From the IMG/VR virus record IMGVR_UViG_3300044691_000566, positions 32,001 through 96,000 of that record: DNA of 64,000 bases; one strand, written 5' to 3'. Source of the stretch: a virus. The notes under the pieces are model-generated. The model was not told where the DNA came from. It was given only the letters and a program-made list of their open reading frames with translations, and ran no database searches. The position numbers and the translations under genes are program-made. Shown here piece by piece: positions 27,216 through 36,237 of the stretch (the stretch's first letter is position 1; each line of letters starts with the position of its first letter).

Positions 27216-27974
27216 ATGGGCACACCCGAGATTCCGTCCCTGAAGGACGGCGAGTACCTCCACTTCGAGTACGTGCAGGGCCAGCGCGACGACGAGGACG
27301 GCCCGGTCACCTACTTCTCCAACATGGTCGACCTCGCCAACACCCGCGAGAAGGCCATCCGGGACGTCACCGAGCTGATCGCCAACGAGGACGTGTGGGC
27401 GATCCACGTGCGCCGGGTCGAGCAGCCCGAGCAGGGCGTCCACCTGTACGACGAGTCGCAGCCCCTGGCCGTGGCCCAGAGCGAGGCCCACCAGTACCGG
27501 ACGGCCTACGAGGAGCTGGCCCAGGGGTTCATGAAGCTGGAGGACGCCAAGACCTCCATGCAGGCCGAGTACGAGCGGCAGGCCGACCACTGGCAGATCG
27601 GTCTCAGGGCGCAGGCCGCCGTGATCGAGATGCTCAAGGCCAAGTTGGTGCTGATTCAGGGCCGTGCCCAGCGTGCTCAGCGGGACGCCTATCTGATGGA
27701 GCCCCAGGACGTCTTCCAGGACGCCAAGGTCGACGTGCAGGCGGAGCTGGAGAGCGCCAAGCGCAAGGCCAAGGCGCACCAGGAGGACCGCAAGACACAG
27801 GAACTGGCCGAGCGTACGGGCCTGGTGCGCCTGACCGAGGACGGCACGGGCCTGTCCGAGGACCGGTGCGTCTGCGGTCACCCCCGCCACGTGCACCGCA
27901 AGGGGGACTGCGAGATGTGCCCCAGTGGCAAGGAGCGTTCCTGGCGCCACGAGTTCAACCCGGAGGTGAATTGA
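27216..27974 (+). CDS. coiled-coil protein with C-terminal CxCGH...H module
   Basis: GAGGAGG RBS. Confidence 0.8.
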   Translation: MGTPEIPSLKDGEYLHFEYVQGQRDDEDGPVTYFSNMVDLANTREKAIRDVTELIANEDVWAIHVRRVEQPEQGVHLYDESQPLAVAQSEAHQYRTAYEELAQGFMKLEDAKTSMQAEYERQADHWQIGLRAQAAVIEMLKAKLVLIQGRAQRAQRDAYLMEPQDVFQDAKVDVQAELESAKRKAKAHQEDRKTQELAERTGLVRLTEDGTGLSEDRCVCGHPRHVHRKGDCEMCPSGKERSWRHEFNPEVN

Positions 27975-28222
27975 TGGAGGGCTCCCGTCCGGAGTACTTC
28001 ATCCTCGACGAGGTCGGGGGTACCGCCGAGGCGATCGACAACACTGCCGACACCGTGCAGGCGGAGGACTGCTGCACGGTGCCCGGCTGCGGGCACTGGG
28101 AGTCCCAGCACGAGCGCAACCACTGCCGGGTGTGCCACACCGAGGACACCGGGCTGGGGCGCCCCGAGGACCGCAAGTGCCAGCACTACTTCTTCCCGCC
28201 GCTGGGAAAGGACAAGGACTGA
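27974..28222 (+). CDS. small Cys/His protein
   Basis: CGH...QH..HCRVC. Confidence 0.65.
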   Translation: MEGSRPEYFILDEVGGTAEAIDNTADTVQAEDCCTVPGCGHWESQHERNHCRVCHTEDTGLGRPEDRKCQHYFFPPLGKDKD

Positions 28223-28890
28223 TGGCCGAGAAGAAGCGCCGCTGCGGGGCCAGCCTGCCGGACCGGGACGCCGAGGAGAACCAGCACTACTGCTACCACC
28301 CGGCCGGTCACGCGGGGTGGCACGAGGACGACGTGTGCATATGGAAGGACGGGGACACGGTGAGCGTCCACACCGTGGAGGAGCTGCCCGCCGTGTCCCA
28401 CCACACCCACGACTTCGTGGGCGACGAGGACACCTGCGTGAGCGTTGTGGCCTGCCCGCTCACCTGGGGGCAGTTCACGGCGCAGCAGCGCGAGTGGGAG
28501 GCCGAGCAGGCCGACACCTGCTCGTTCTGCGGCCACGCCGAGCACTGCCACACCTTCGAGGCGCGGGACGAGGGCGGCAGGGACTACCGCACCGAGTGCG
28601 GGGGCGCCAAGGAGTTCCACTCCTTCAACGAGGAGCCCAAGGCCGTCGTCCCGAGCCGTGAGCGCCTCCTGGAGTTCGTGCGGAGCATGCTGGGGCCCGA
28701 TGCCTCCCCCGAGCACGTAGAGCGCGTTGCGCACCGCGTACAGCTCGTCGTGGGGCCCCTCGCCACGGAGTCCGCCCCTGCGGCCCAGCCCGCTCTCCGT
28801 GGCCCGCGCGGTCCCGGCAGCGGCCCGGTGATCATGGACGAGGTTGCCCAGGTGCAGGACGCGTTGAAGGAGACCAGAACTGATGGCTGA
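28222..28890 (+). CDS. Cys/His-rich protein
   Basis: C.HPAGH.GWH and CSFCGH modules. Confidence 0.7.
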   Translation: MAEKKRRCGASLPDRDAEENQHYCYHPAGHAGWHEDDVCIWKDGDTVSVHTVEELPAVSHHTHDFVGDEDTCVSVVACPLTWGQFTAQQREWEAEQADTCSFCGHAEHCHTFEARDEGGRDYRTECGGAKEFHSFNEEPKAVVPSRERLLEFVRSMLGPDASPEHVERVAHRVQLVVGPLATESAPAAQPALRGPRGPGSGPVIMDEVAQVQDALKETRTDG

Positions 28891-29563
28891 GCTGAGCAGC
28901 CGGGGCTTCGAGCAGTACGGCGAGATCGAGACCACGTACGGGCACACGGTGCGCGTGTACGAGTCGTCGGCCGCCAGTGGCCCGCACCTGTGGCTGAAGA
29001 CCAAGCTCGTCGCCGAGCGGTCGACGCACGCCCTTCCGCCGGAGGAGGCCACGGCACACCTGGATCTGCTCCAGGCCATAACGGTGCGTGCCCTCCTGGA
29101 CGAGTTCATTGAGGGTGTGCCCGAGCGATGGGCGAATGGCACCTCTCTGCTCCTCAAGGCCGACAAGGCGTGGCGGGAGGCCAATCCGGAGTTGGTGCTG
29201 GAGCAGACCCGCAGGAACTGCCAGTGCTGCGCGTCCGGCAACCACGACTTCCGGTGCACCTGCGACGGTGAGGGGTGCTGCCACCCGGGTCACCACGCGC
29301 CCGCCCAGGACGTCCCGGATCAGCCGGAGCCCGAGGCCCCTGAGATCCAGGCCCTGAAGCCCCCGGTGGGCTCGTACGTGGCGACGGTGTTCCGAGTGGA
29401 CGGGTACGACCCGGACTGCGGGGAGACCCCGGAGACGGCCAGCATGGCCCGCCTGAGCGCCGTGGACGTGGATGGCGAGATCATGGGGTGGACGCAGAAC
29501 TGCATCGGTCTGTACAACACGACCGACAAGGTGATCGACCATCCCGGGGACGTGCTGGGGTGA
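28883..29563 (+). CDS. hypothetical protein
   Basis: RGF..Y......YG..VRVYESSAA.GPHLW motif. Confidence 0.75.
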   Translation: MAELSSRGFEQYGEIETTYGHTVRVYESSAASGPHLWLKTKLVAERSTHALPPEEATAHLDLLQAITVRALLDEFIEGVPERWANGTSLLLKADKAWREANPELVLEQTRRNCQCCASGNHDFRCTCDGEGCCHPGHHAPAQDVPDQPEPEAPEIQALKPPVGSYVATVFRVDGYDPDCGETPETASMARLSAVDVDGEIMGWTQNCIGLYNTTDKVIDHPGDVLG

Positions 29564-29607
29564 GCGGGGGTTGACCCTGACTCTGTCCTTCGGCTAGCGT
29601 GAGCAGC

Positions 29608-29681
29608 CGCGCGGTGGAGCAGCTCGGTAGCTCGTTGGGCTCATAACCCAGAGGTCGCAGGTTCAAATCCTGTCTGCGCTA
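29608..29681 (+). tRNA. initiator tRNA-fMet(CAT)
   Basis: C1-T72 mismatch, GGG/CCC anticodon stem, CTCATAA loop; own promoter TTGACC(29571)...TAGCGT and downstream terminator. Confidence 0.95.
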
Positions 29682-29831
29682 CAACACGGAAGGCCCGGGA
29701 CCTCGGTTCCGGGCCTTCTTCGTATGTGAGATGAGCAACAGACCGGGTTTGTAGGCCAGTTGAGTGGCGCTCCGGCAATGCTTGGAGTACTCTGGTGCTT
29801 CGCCAGAGATTCCGAGACCGTGGAGGTCCCC

Positions 29832-30182
29832 ATGAACAAGGCTCGCTTGATCGAAAAGGTGTCCGAGACCCTGGGCAGTCGTGCCCTGGCCGTGGAGGCC
29901 GTGGAACTCGTGCTCGACACGATGGTGCGGGAGATCGCCAGTGGCGGCCGGGTGGCCATCACCGGCTTCGGCACGCTGGACAGCGTGGCCGTCAGTGCCC
30001 GTCAGGCGCGCAACCCCGCGACGGGGGAGACGGTGCAGCTCGCCGCCACGCGTCGGGTGCGCTTCCGTGCGGGCCGCAACCTCGCCGACCTGGTGACCGG
30101 CGCCAAGAAGCTGCCGACGGACGTGAGCGCGATCAAGAAGGCGCCCAAGGGTTCGGTCGGCAAGGGCGCCAGCCAGGGCTGA
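29832..30182 (+). CDS. hup: HU family DNA-binding protein
   Basis: MNK..LI...GGRVAITGFGT...ARNPATGETV...FRAG; Streptomyces-like KKLP...KKAPKGS tail. Confidence 0.92.
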   Translation: MNKARLIEKVSETLGSRALAVEAVELVLDTMVREIASGGRVAITGFGTLDSVAVSARQARNPATGETVQLAATRRVRFRAGRNLADLVTGAKKLPTDVSAIKKAPKGSVGKGASQG

Positions 30183-30257
30183 TCCCCGTACGAGGCCCCC
30201 GTCGTCCCTGCGGATGGCGGGGGCCTAGTCTTGCCTCCGTCAACCCCGTCATCCCTC

Positions 30258-30299
30258 TTGACACTCCAACAATCCTTGGGGTAGTCTTGACATTGTCAA
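30258..30299 (+). promoter_or_regulatory. early promoter + box
   Basis: TTGACA-CTCCAACAATCCTTGGGG-TAGTCT-TGACATTGTCAA. Confidence 0.85.
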
Positions 30300-30312
30300 G
30301 GAGCGCACCACC

Positions 30313-30528
30313 GTGAACCACCCGCCCGCCCTGCGACTCCGCAGGGACCGGCAGCCCCGCCTGATCGGCAACGTCCTGGCCATCGCGATCTTCGCGACGA
30401 TAGCCGCGACCGTCCTCGCCAGGGGTGTCATGCCAGGGCCGACCGACCTACCGCAGGCGCCCGGGGTTGCCGTAGTCAACCCCGGGCCGTGCACCCCTGA
30501 CCCCGTCCTGCCTGATCCGTCCTGCTGA
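30313..30528 (+). CDS. small membrane protein
   Basis: One TM segment. Confidence 0.6.
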   Translation: MNHPPALRLRRDRQPRLIGNVLAIAIFATIAATVLARGVMPGPTDLPQAPGVAVVNPGPCTPDPVLPDPSC

Positions 30529-30537
30529 GGAGACCAC

Positions 30538-31152
30538 ATGGAAAGCGACGAGTTCCCCTGGCTGTCCAGCCTGCCCGAGAACGAGGCCCACAACTTCGTC
30601 CTGAAGCTGGGCAGCGCTCTGCACCAAGGCGACTACGTCTACGAGGACGAGGAGGTCGAGCGCTCCTGGGAGGACGTCCTGGCCGACGTGGACAAGGTGA
30701 TCCGCACCTACCGGAACCTCGTCCTGGAGGTCGACGACGTCACCGAGGGCGAGCCCGTGCCGGTGCTGCGGTACACCCTGGAAGAGCGCTCCCAGTGCAA
30801 GTTCGTCTACAACCTGGAACAGGCTCCGGAGTCCATCGCCAACCCCAACTTTCCCGGCCTGACCGTCCAGCCCAAGACCCTGCTGATCCTTCTCGCGCCC
30901 GGCGAGGACGGGAACTGGGAGGCCGGTCTCGTGAGCGTGAGCGGCCCGTTCTTCCTGAAGGATGACCGGCCGGGCAGGCGCGTCGAGAGCGTCCCCTTCA
31001 CGAACCCCATGGACGAGGACAGCGGGGCGCCGGAGTGGGTGCGCCTGATCGTCCAGGACCACCTGGACACCCTCAACCACGAGTACTCCCACCGCACGAC
31101 TATGCAGAGCCGGAGCCTGGTCGCCCACAGCGAGACGATCCCGGAGGGATGA
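30538..31152 (+). CDS. antitoxin-C-terminal-like domain fusion, paralogue 1
   Basis: FPWLSSLPENEAHNFV.KL. Confidence 0.6.
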   Translation: MESDEFPWLSSLPENEAHNFVLKLGSALHQGDYVYEDEEVERSWEDVLADVDKVIRTYRNLVLEVDDVTEGEPVPVLRYTLEERSQCKFVYNLEQAPESIANPNFPGLTVQPKTLLILLAPGEDGNWEAGLVSVSGPFFLKDDRPGRRVESVPFTNPMDEDSGAPEWVRLIVQDHLDTLNHEYSHRTTMQSRSLVAHSETIPEG

Positions 31153-31487
31153 CCATGGAGGCCCCCGCGTTCCCCCGGGTCGGGGACCTGCCCGAGAGCG
31201 AGCAGCGCTCCTTCTGGAACGGGCTGTGCGTCGCCCTGCACAACACCAAAGCCTCCCTGTCGAAGCCCACCGCGCACGACTTCGAGGCGGAGAGTGCGCC
31301 CGTCATCGCCATGTGGAAGGAAAGGGCGCAGATGTACGCGGCCATGTCCCTGGAGGAGCGCCAGCAGGAGGCCGCGCGCACGACGGCTCGGGAGCTGTTC
31401 ACCGTGCTGATGCCGGGTAACACCGGGATCAGCACGGCCGACGAGGTGGCGGACACGATCCTCGCCGCGATCCGAAAGGTGGTCTGA
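31149..31487 (+). CDS. antitoxin-C-terminal-like protein, paralogue 2
   Basis: AFPRVGDLPESEQRSF..GL...PVIAMWKERAQMYA. Confidence 0.6.
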   Translation: MTMEAPAFPRVGDLPESEQRSFWNGLCVALHNTKASLSKPTAHDFEAESAPVIAMWKERAQMYAAMSLEERQQEAARTTARELFTVLMPGNTGISTADEVADTILAAIRKVV

Positions 31488-31489
31488 CC

Positions 31490-32344
31490 ATGGACAGCAT
31501 CGCGTTCCCCTGGCTCAAGCATCTGCCCGACGACGAACAGGTCGAGTGCCTGCGCGAGCTGAAGAAGATCCTGTCCCAGGGCAGCGGCTCCTGGGAGTTC
31601 CGCCTGAACTCCCTGGACGAAGCTCTGATCTCGTGGAAGTCCACGGCCGAGGTGTATGCCGATTCGGAGACGCTGGCGGCCCTCACCGCCAAGGTTCGTC
31701 AGGACGTGCTGACCGCCTTCGAGGTGGACGAGAACTACGCCTCCACGAGGTCGACGGCCCTCACCCCGTCCGAGGAGGCGCAGACCAAGACGGAGATCAC
31801 CGAATACCTGGAGCGCATGTACGGCGTCGGCGAGATGCCGCTCACCGTGGGTCCCGCGCCCCGGTTGCTCGACTGCGGCCTGTGCTACGAGGAGGACGGC
31901 GAGGAGGTCCACCCGCATCCGGAGTGCACCTGGGAGATCCCCTGTCCCCGCTGCGGCAAGCGCGTGGAAACGTGGTTCGACCGCTCGCTGTGCCCCGAGC
32001 CCTGCGGCTCGATGCACAACCGGTGCACCGACTGCGGCAACATCGTGGACCACTGCCCCATCGAGAGCGCCAGGGCGCAGGCCCGCTACAAGCCCGGCTC
32101 CGTCATCACCCAGGGCATCGGGCCCGGTTCGTGGCGCTGGGAAGTCGTCGATGTGCTCAACACCTGCTACCGGGTGCGTACGCTGACGGGTTCGACCTCG
32201 GGCTCGCCCACCTACTCCACCTGGGAGTTCGGCCTGTGCGAGGACGCCACCGTGCTGGAGTGGCAGAAGGACGGCCGTGAGGGCGTCATCGACGCCGAGG
32301 GCAACTCCAGCATCCCGGAGGAGGCGAAGACCGATGGCGACTGA
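31490..32344 (+). CDS. antitoxin-C-terminal-like domain + Zn fingers, paralogue 3
   Basis: AFPWLKHLPDDEQ..CL.EL...WKSTAEVYAD.E.LAAL. Confidence 0.65.
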   Translation: MDSIAFPWLKHLPDDEQVECLRELKKILSQGSGSWEFRLNSLDEALISWKSTAEVYADSETLAALTAKVRQDVLTAFEVDENYASTRSTALTPSEEAQTKTEITEYLERMYGVGEMPLTVGPAPRLLDCGLCYEEDGEEVHPHPECTWEIPCPRCGKRVETWFDRSLCPEPCGSMHNRCTDCGNIVDHCPIESARAQARYKPGSVITQGIGPGSWRWEVVDVLNTCYRVRTLTGSTSGSPTYSTWEFGLCEDATVLEWQKDGREGVIDAEGNSSIPEEAKTDGD

Positions 32345-32681
32345 GGACAAGGCCGTGACGCCCTACGAACGGGTGCGGCTGTACACGGAGCTACACACGG
32401 GTTGCAGTCTGGGCGACGAGATCCTCTTCGACAGGCGCTTCAAGACCGCGCCGTGGCCCCGGACGGGGTACGCCCTGGAGCAGGCCGACGTGGTCGCGGT
32501 CCTGGACGAGCTGGTCCTGCTGCGGGAGGAGCTGGCCAGGGCCAAGGAGGTGAGTGCGGAGGTCGGGGAGAAGGTGCAGCGCATGGTGGCGTTGCACAAC
32601 GAGTACGTGGCCACCGCTGAGCGGGAGATCGAGGGCCTCGAAGCGCAGGTACGAGAAGGAGGTGGCCTCAATGACGACTGA
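32334..32681 (+). CDS. coiled-coil protein
   Basis: GGAGG RBS; N-terminal TPY.R...Y shared with the next gene. Confidence 0.7.
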   Translation: MATEDKAVTPYERVRLYTELHTGCSLGDEILFDRRFKTAPWPRTGYALEQADVVAVLDELVLLREELARAKEVSAEVGEKVQRMVALHNEYVATAEREIEGLEAQVREGGGLNDD

Positions 32682-33300
32682 GCGGACCCCGTACGGACGG
32701 CTGAGCGCCTACCTGGACGTCCTGCCCCAGGGGACGATGTGCGCCGGGGATCCGATCATCGTGGGCGGCGACTCGATGAATCCCCTGCGGGTCTACCGGG
32801 GTGACCTGGCGAGTGTGCTGTACGAACTGAACACGCTGCGGCAGGACCACAAGGACCCGGCGCTGGGCTGGGAGACGGCTGCGATAGAGGCGCAACTGTA
32901 TGAGCAGGCCAACGACAAGCTCTGGGCTCTGGAGGACCTGGTCAAGAAGCTGGGCTCCGAGAAGCTGCGCGACAAGGTGGAGGAGCTGCTGGAGACGCCT
33001 CCGGCCGACGGCCCCACCAAGCGTGAGGGCGTCGTGGAGGAGCTGCGCAAGGCCCTGGAGGAGCTGGCCGTCCAGCGTCAGGACATCGAGGACCTCACCA
33101 ACGAGCGGGACGATCTCAAAGACGAGGTCGAGTACCTGAGGGGGACGGAGGCGGTGTCCGTGGAGAAGGCCGTGGAGGCCGTCAGGCTCCGCCTGGAGGC
33201 GTTCTTGCAGGACGGCACGCTGATGGGTGGCCTGGCGGCCCGCAACGCCGCCCTGGACCTGCTGAGGGGCCTGCCGGGCATCCCCGAGTCCAGGGGCTGA
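32671..33300 (+). CDS. coiled-coil protein
   Basis: GGAGG RBS. Confidence 0.75.
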   Translation: MTTERTPYGRLSAYLDVLPQGTMCAGDPIIVGGDSMNPLRVYRGDLASVLYELNTLRQDHKDPALGWETAAIEAQLYEQANDKLWALEDLVKKLGSEKLRDKVEELLETPPADGPTKREGVVEELRKALEELAVQRQDIEDLTNERDDLKDEVEYLRGTEAVSVEKAVEAVRLRLEAFLQDGTLMGGLAARNAALDLLRGLPGIPESRG

Positions 33301-33503
33301 ACGGATGAGATGGACCATGCGTATCTGGGCGCGTGCCGGGTGCGGTCGGCATCATGCGCCGTGGTGGAGGACTGTTCCTCCGCCGTCCTGCGGGAGGAGG
33401 TGATTTTCATGTCCTGCGCCAACCCTGACTGTCGTCGTGGCGGCTGTACCACCGGCCCCAAGCCATCGGAGGGCTCCGGCCCCAAGCGCTAACCTATGGC
33501 GCG

Positions 33504-33565
33504 AGCCCCCCTTCCTCGGGAGGGGGGCTTTCCCCTTGACTCCCCAACAATCCTTGTAGTAGTCT
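33504..33565 (+). promoter_or_regulatory. hairpin + early promoter
   Basis: TTGACT(33536)-CCCCAACAATCCTTGTAG-TAGTCT. Confidence 0.8.
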
Positions 33566-33604
33566 CAGACCCATCAACCCGCCAGAGAATCCCGGGAGTT
33601 ACCT

Positions 33605-33832
33605 ATGACCAAGACCGTGCGCGCCCTCACCCTCACCGCCGCCACCGGCATGCTCGCCCTCACCGCCGCCTGCGGCTCGCACCACACCCACACCCACGGG
33701 GTCCCGGTGGTCGCGGTGCACCACTACTCCAGCCACCCGGCCCCCACCACCCACGTGATCGTGCACCACGTGCACCACGTCGTCGTGCACCCGGCGGCCC
33801 CCAAGACCTCCTCCAAGTTCCGCAAGCACTAG
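33605..33832 (+). CDS. His-rich lipoprotein
   Basis: Signal peptide with lipobox LTAAC; H/V-rich mature part. Confidence 0.75.
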   Translation: MTKTVRALTLTAATGMLALTAACGSHHTHTHGVPVVAVHHYSSHPAPTTHVIVHHVHHVVVHPAAPKTSSKFRKH

Positions 33833-33900
33833 TCCCGTCCCCGGCGGCCCGGTCTCCTCTCCCCAGGGGGCCGGGCCTTCGCCGTATCGAGAGGAGCCCT

Positions 33901-34089
33901 GTGGCCCAGACCCGAGAACGACGTATGTATCTGTACTGGAAGGCACTCAAGAAGGATCGGGAGTACCAGCGCGGGTACCGCCGTGAGGGCTGTTATCCCA
34001 AGCCGCTGATGATGGTCGCCATCAAGTTCAGCACCCCCATCCGCGAGGTCCGCGAAATCCTCGACATGCAGAAGGGAGAGCCCCGATGA
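33901..34089 (+). CDS. small basic protein
   Basis: GAGGAG RBS. Confidence 0.6.
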   Translation: MAQTRERRMYLYWKALKKDREYQRGYRREGCYPKPLMMVAIKFSTPIREVREILDMQKGEPR

Positions 34090-34907
34090 CGACTGATCCC
34101 CTCCTGGAGTATGTGGCGCGGGCTCTTGCCCGGCACGACATGGTGAACCTGGTCGGCCTGGAGCCGCACCAGGAGCTGCCCGAGCCCGACCACGAGTTCT
34201 GGGCCGTGTGGCGGGCCACGGCCCGTGTGGCCATCCGCGCCGTACGCGAGGCCGACGGTACGCGGACGATGGCGCTGGGCCCGGACCTGTCGGACTGGGA
34301 CAGTGCGGAGGATTCCGTCCACGACGAGCACGGCATGGAACCGGTCGACGAGGCGCCCCACCGCTGCCCGTTCTGTAGCACCGAGACCGTGTACCAGACG
34401 TTCTCCGGCGGCAAGGAGTGGTACTGCCCGGGGTGCGACGCCAGCGACTCGTACGAGAGCGGTCAGGCTCCTCGCCGTGTCGCGATGCTGACCACCCCCG
34501 AGGGCAGGACAGCCTTGCGCAAGGAGATGCGCGAGCACCTCGCCCCCGAGGATCCGGCCCCCGTGGACGCCGTCCCGCCCAACCCCTGCACCGCCACCTT
34601 CCCGGCCGTCAATCTCCGGGGGGAGGAGATAGGGATGATCCGGTGCGCCCTGGTCGCCGGGCACTATGACCGGTCTGTGATACCCGGAGCGGAGGATCCC
34701 GGCGGCTGGCACGAGGGTTCGGGCGTGCGGGTGCGCTCCGTCGTCTGGAGCGACGACGCCCGGGGTGCGGTGCCGCACGACGGCCGCTCGTACGAGGAGA
34801 AGATCAGCGCGCCCATGTCCCCGGCGAGCATCCAGGCACTGGCCAAAAAGCTCGCCGACGGCACTGTCGCCCGCCGCAAGATCAAGATGCCCAAGGAGCC
34901 GGAGTGA
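34086..34907 (+). CDS. hypothetical protein with Zn ribbon
   Basis: CPFC...WYCPGC. Confidence 0.75.
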   Translation: MTTDPLLEYVARALARHDMVNLVGLEPHQELPEPDHEFWAVWRATARVAIRAVREADGTRTMALGPDLSDWDSAEDSVHDEHGMEPVDEAPHRCPFCSTETVYQTFSGGKEWYCPGCDASDSYESGQAPRRVAMLTTPEGRTALRKEMREHLAPEDPAPVDAVPPNPCTATFPAVNLRGEEIGMIRCALVAGHYDRSVIPGAEDPGGWHEGSGVRVRSVVWSDDARGAVPHDGRSYEEKISAPMSPASIQALAKKLADGTVARRKIKMPKEPE

Positions 34908-35338
34908 CCGACGAAGAGCGCGACGACACGGCCCGGCTGGCGTTCGTCCAGCGCGTCATGGAGATCTTCTGGCATGCCGACGTCTGCACCGAACTGATGT
35001 GGTACGTCGAGGACGGAGTGCTGTGCCTGTCGGCGGACGTCTCCGACATCTTCGCGTGGGGCAGCGCCGACTCCGAGGAGATCACCCCGCAGACCCTGCC
35101 GGTCCTGGAGGAGGCGTTCAGGGAACTGAAGGCCCTCGGCTCGCCGCCGTGGGGCCGCGCCGAGTGGCTGCCGGAGCTGTACGCGGCCCGTGTGCGCGGC
35201 ATGAGGCCCCAGGGCGCCGCGTACCCCGAGGGGGCTGCCGACGGCGCTGTGGCGGCTCTCCTGGATGCCTGCGGGCCCGCGCGGGAGACCGGCCTCGGCA
35301 ACCCCAAGAAGCGCCCGGTGTACGAAGGAGAGTCGTGA
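34904..35338 (+). CDS. conserved phage protein
   Basis: SD.F.WG.AD.E.ITP...LY.AR.R.MRPQGA.Y...L.DACGP.R..G.GNP. Confidence 0.8.
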   Translation: MTDEERDDTARLAFVQRVMEIFWHADVCTELMWYVEDGVLCLSADVSDIFAWGSADSEEITPQTLPVLEEAFRELKALGSPPWGRAEWLPELYAARVRGMRPQGAAYPEGAADGAVAALLDACGPARETGLGNPKKRPVYEGES

Positions 35339-35913
35339 ACGACCTGTACTTCTGCCCGACGGCGGGGGAGATCGAGTCGGCCGGGCACGGCGGTTTCAAG
35401 AACGGCGTGTGCTGCAAGCACCCGTGGCTGCACGTGCCGGTGGAGGACTCCCCGGCGGTCCAGAAGATATCCCTGTACCTCAGCGACATGCGCCGGGAGT
35501 GGTACGCCGAGGAGAAGGTGGGTGAGATCTTCCGGCGGCGGCTGACCGAGTACGTCAGGGAGCTGGAGGGGAGGAGCGACCGGATCAGCACGGTAAAGGT
35601 CCGGCAGCGGCTGACCCTGATCCTGGCCATGTCGGGGACGCCGGACCCCTCGGAGCACCAGGACCGGGTGCTGAACGACCCGGAGGGTCTGTGGGGGTCC
35701 ACGCCGGGCTGGCGGTGCTGGGTGGGCCGCCATGCCCAGTGCGAGCCGCTGGGGGCCGACGAGCACTGCACGTGCGCGTGCGGGCTGGGGGAGCGGGGTC
35801 ACGGCCTGGAGCAGAACGGCGTGAAGACCCCGGGCTGCGACTGCGGCCATGAGGGCATGGGCATCACCTGGCATGCCCAGACGTGTGCGTGGAGGGAGAG
35901 CCGTCGTGGATGA
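35335..35913 (+). CDS. Cys/His-rich protein
   Basis: GTGA overlap. Confidence 0.65.
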   Translation: MNDLYFCPTAGEIESAGHGGFKNGVCCKHPWLHVPVEDSPAVQKISLYLSDMRREWYAEEKVGEIFRRRLTEYVRELEGRSDRISTVKVRQRLTLILAMSGTPDPSEHQDRVLNDPEGLWGSTPGWRCWVGRHAQCEPLGADEHCTCACGLGERGHGLEQNGVKTPGCDCGHEGMGITWHAQTCAWRESRRG

Positions 35914-36175
35914 CATGTTCAATCGGGAGCAGATCGGCAAGTTCCGGCTGTATCCGCCGGACAGGCCCGGCGGCGGCTGGCAGATCTCGTACGACGAGGT
36001 GTGGCTGCCGGTGAGCCTGGCCGACCGGGACTCCTGCCTGGTCATTGCGGGCATGGTTCTCGCCGGGGTGGACGACGGGGTGCTGGAGGCGATGCAGGAC
36101 CGCGTCAACCGTGCGCAGTCGTCGCGGAACGTCACCCACGATGTGATCGAAGACCTCATGCGGAAGATGCCCTGA
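35906..36175 (+). CDS. hypothetical protein
   Basis: GGAG RBS. Confidence 0.6.
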   Translation: MDDMFNREQIGKFRLYPPDRPGGGWQISYDEVWLPVSLADRDSCLVIAGMVLAGVDDGVLEAMQDRVNRAQSSRNVTHDVIEDLMRKMP

Positions 36176-36184
36176 CATAGTCAG
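36172..36184. promoter_or_regulatory. perfect CTGAC-N3-GTCAG box upstream of the Thg1-like gene
   Basis: CTGACATAGTCAG. Confidence 0.65.
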
Positions 36185-36237
36185 CCCCTTGTGTAGTACA
36201 GTCCCGACCTATCCCGCCAGAAACCGAGGAGCTGCCC

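Noticed and set aside
27974-28222. CxxCH (CRVCH) as a c-type heme site
   Set aside because: No export signal; it fits the many Cys/His metal modules nearby.
29608-29681. tRNA-fMet as a prophage attachment site or host boundary
   Set aside because: Phage-type genes and promoters continue on both sides; no integrase and no duplicated tRNA 3' end seen.
5828-33565. Repeated ~30-40 bp sequences as a CRISPR array
   Set aside because: Spacing is 1-4 kb with genes between copies; they match -35/-10 promoter structure; no cas genes seen.
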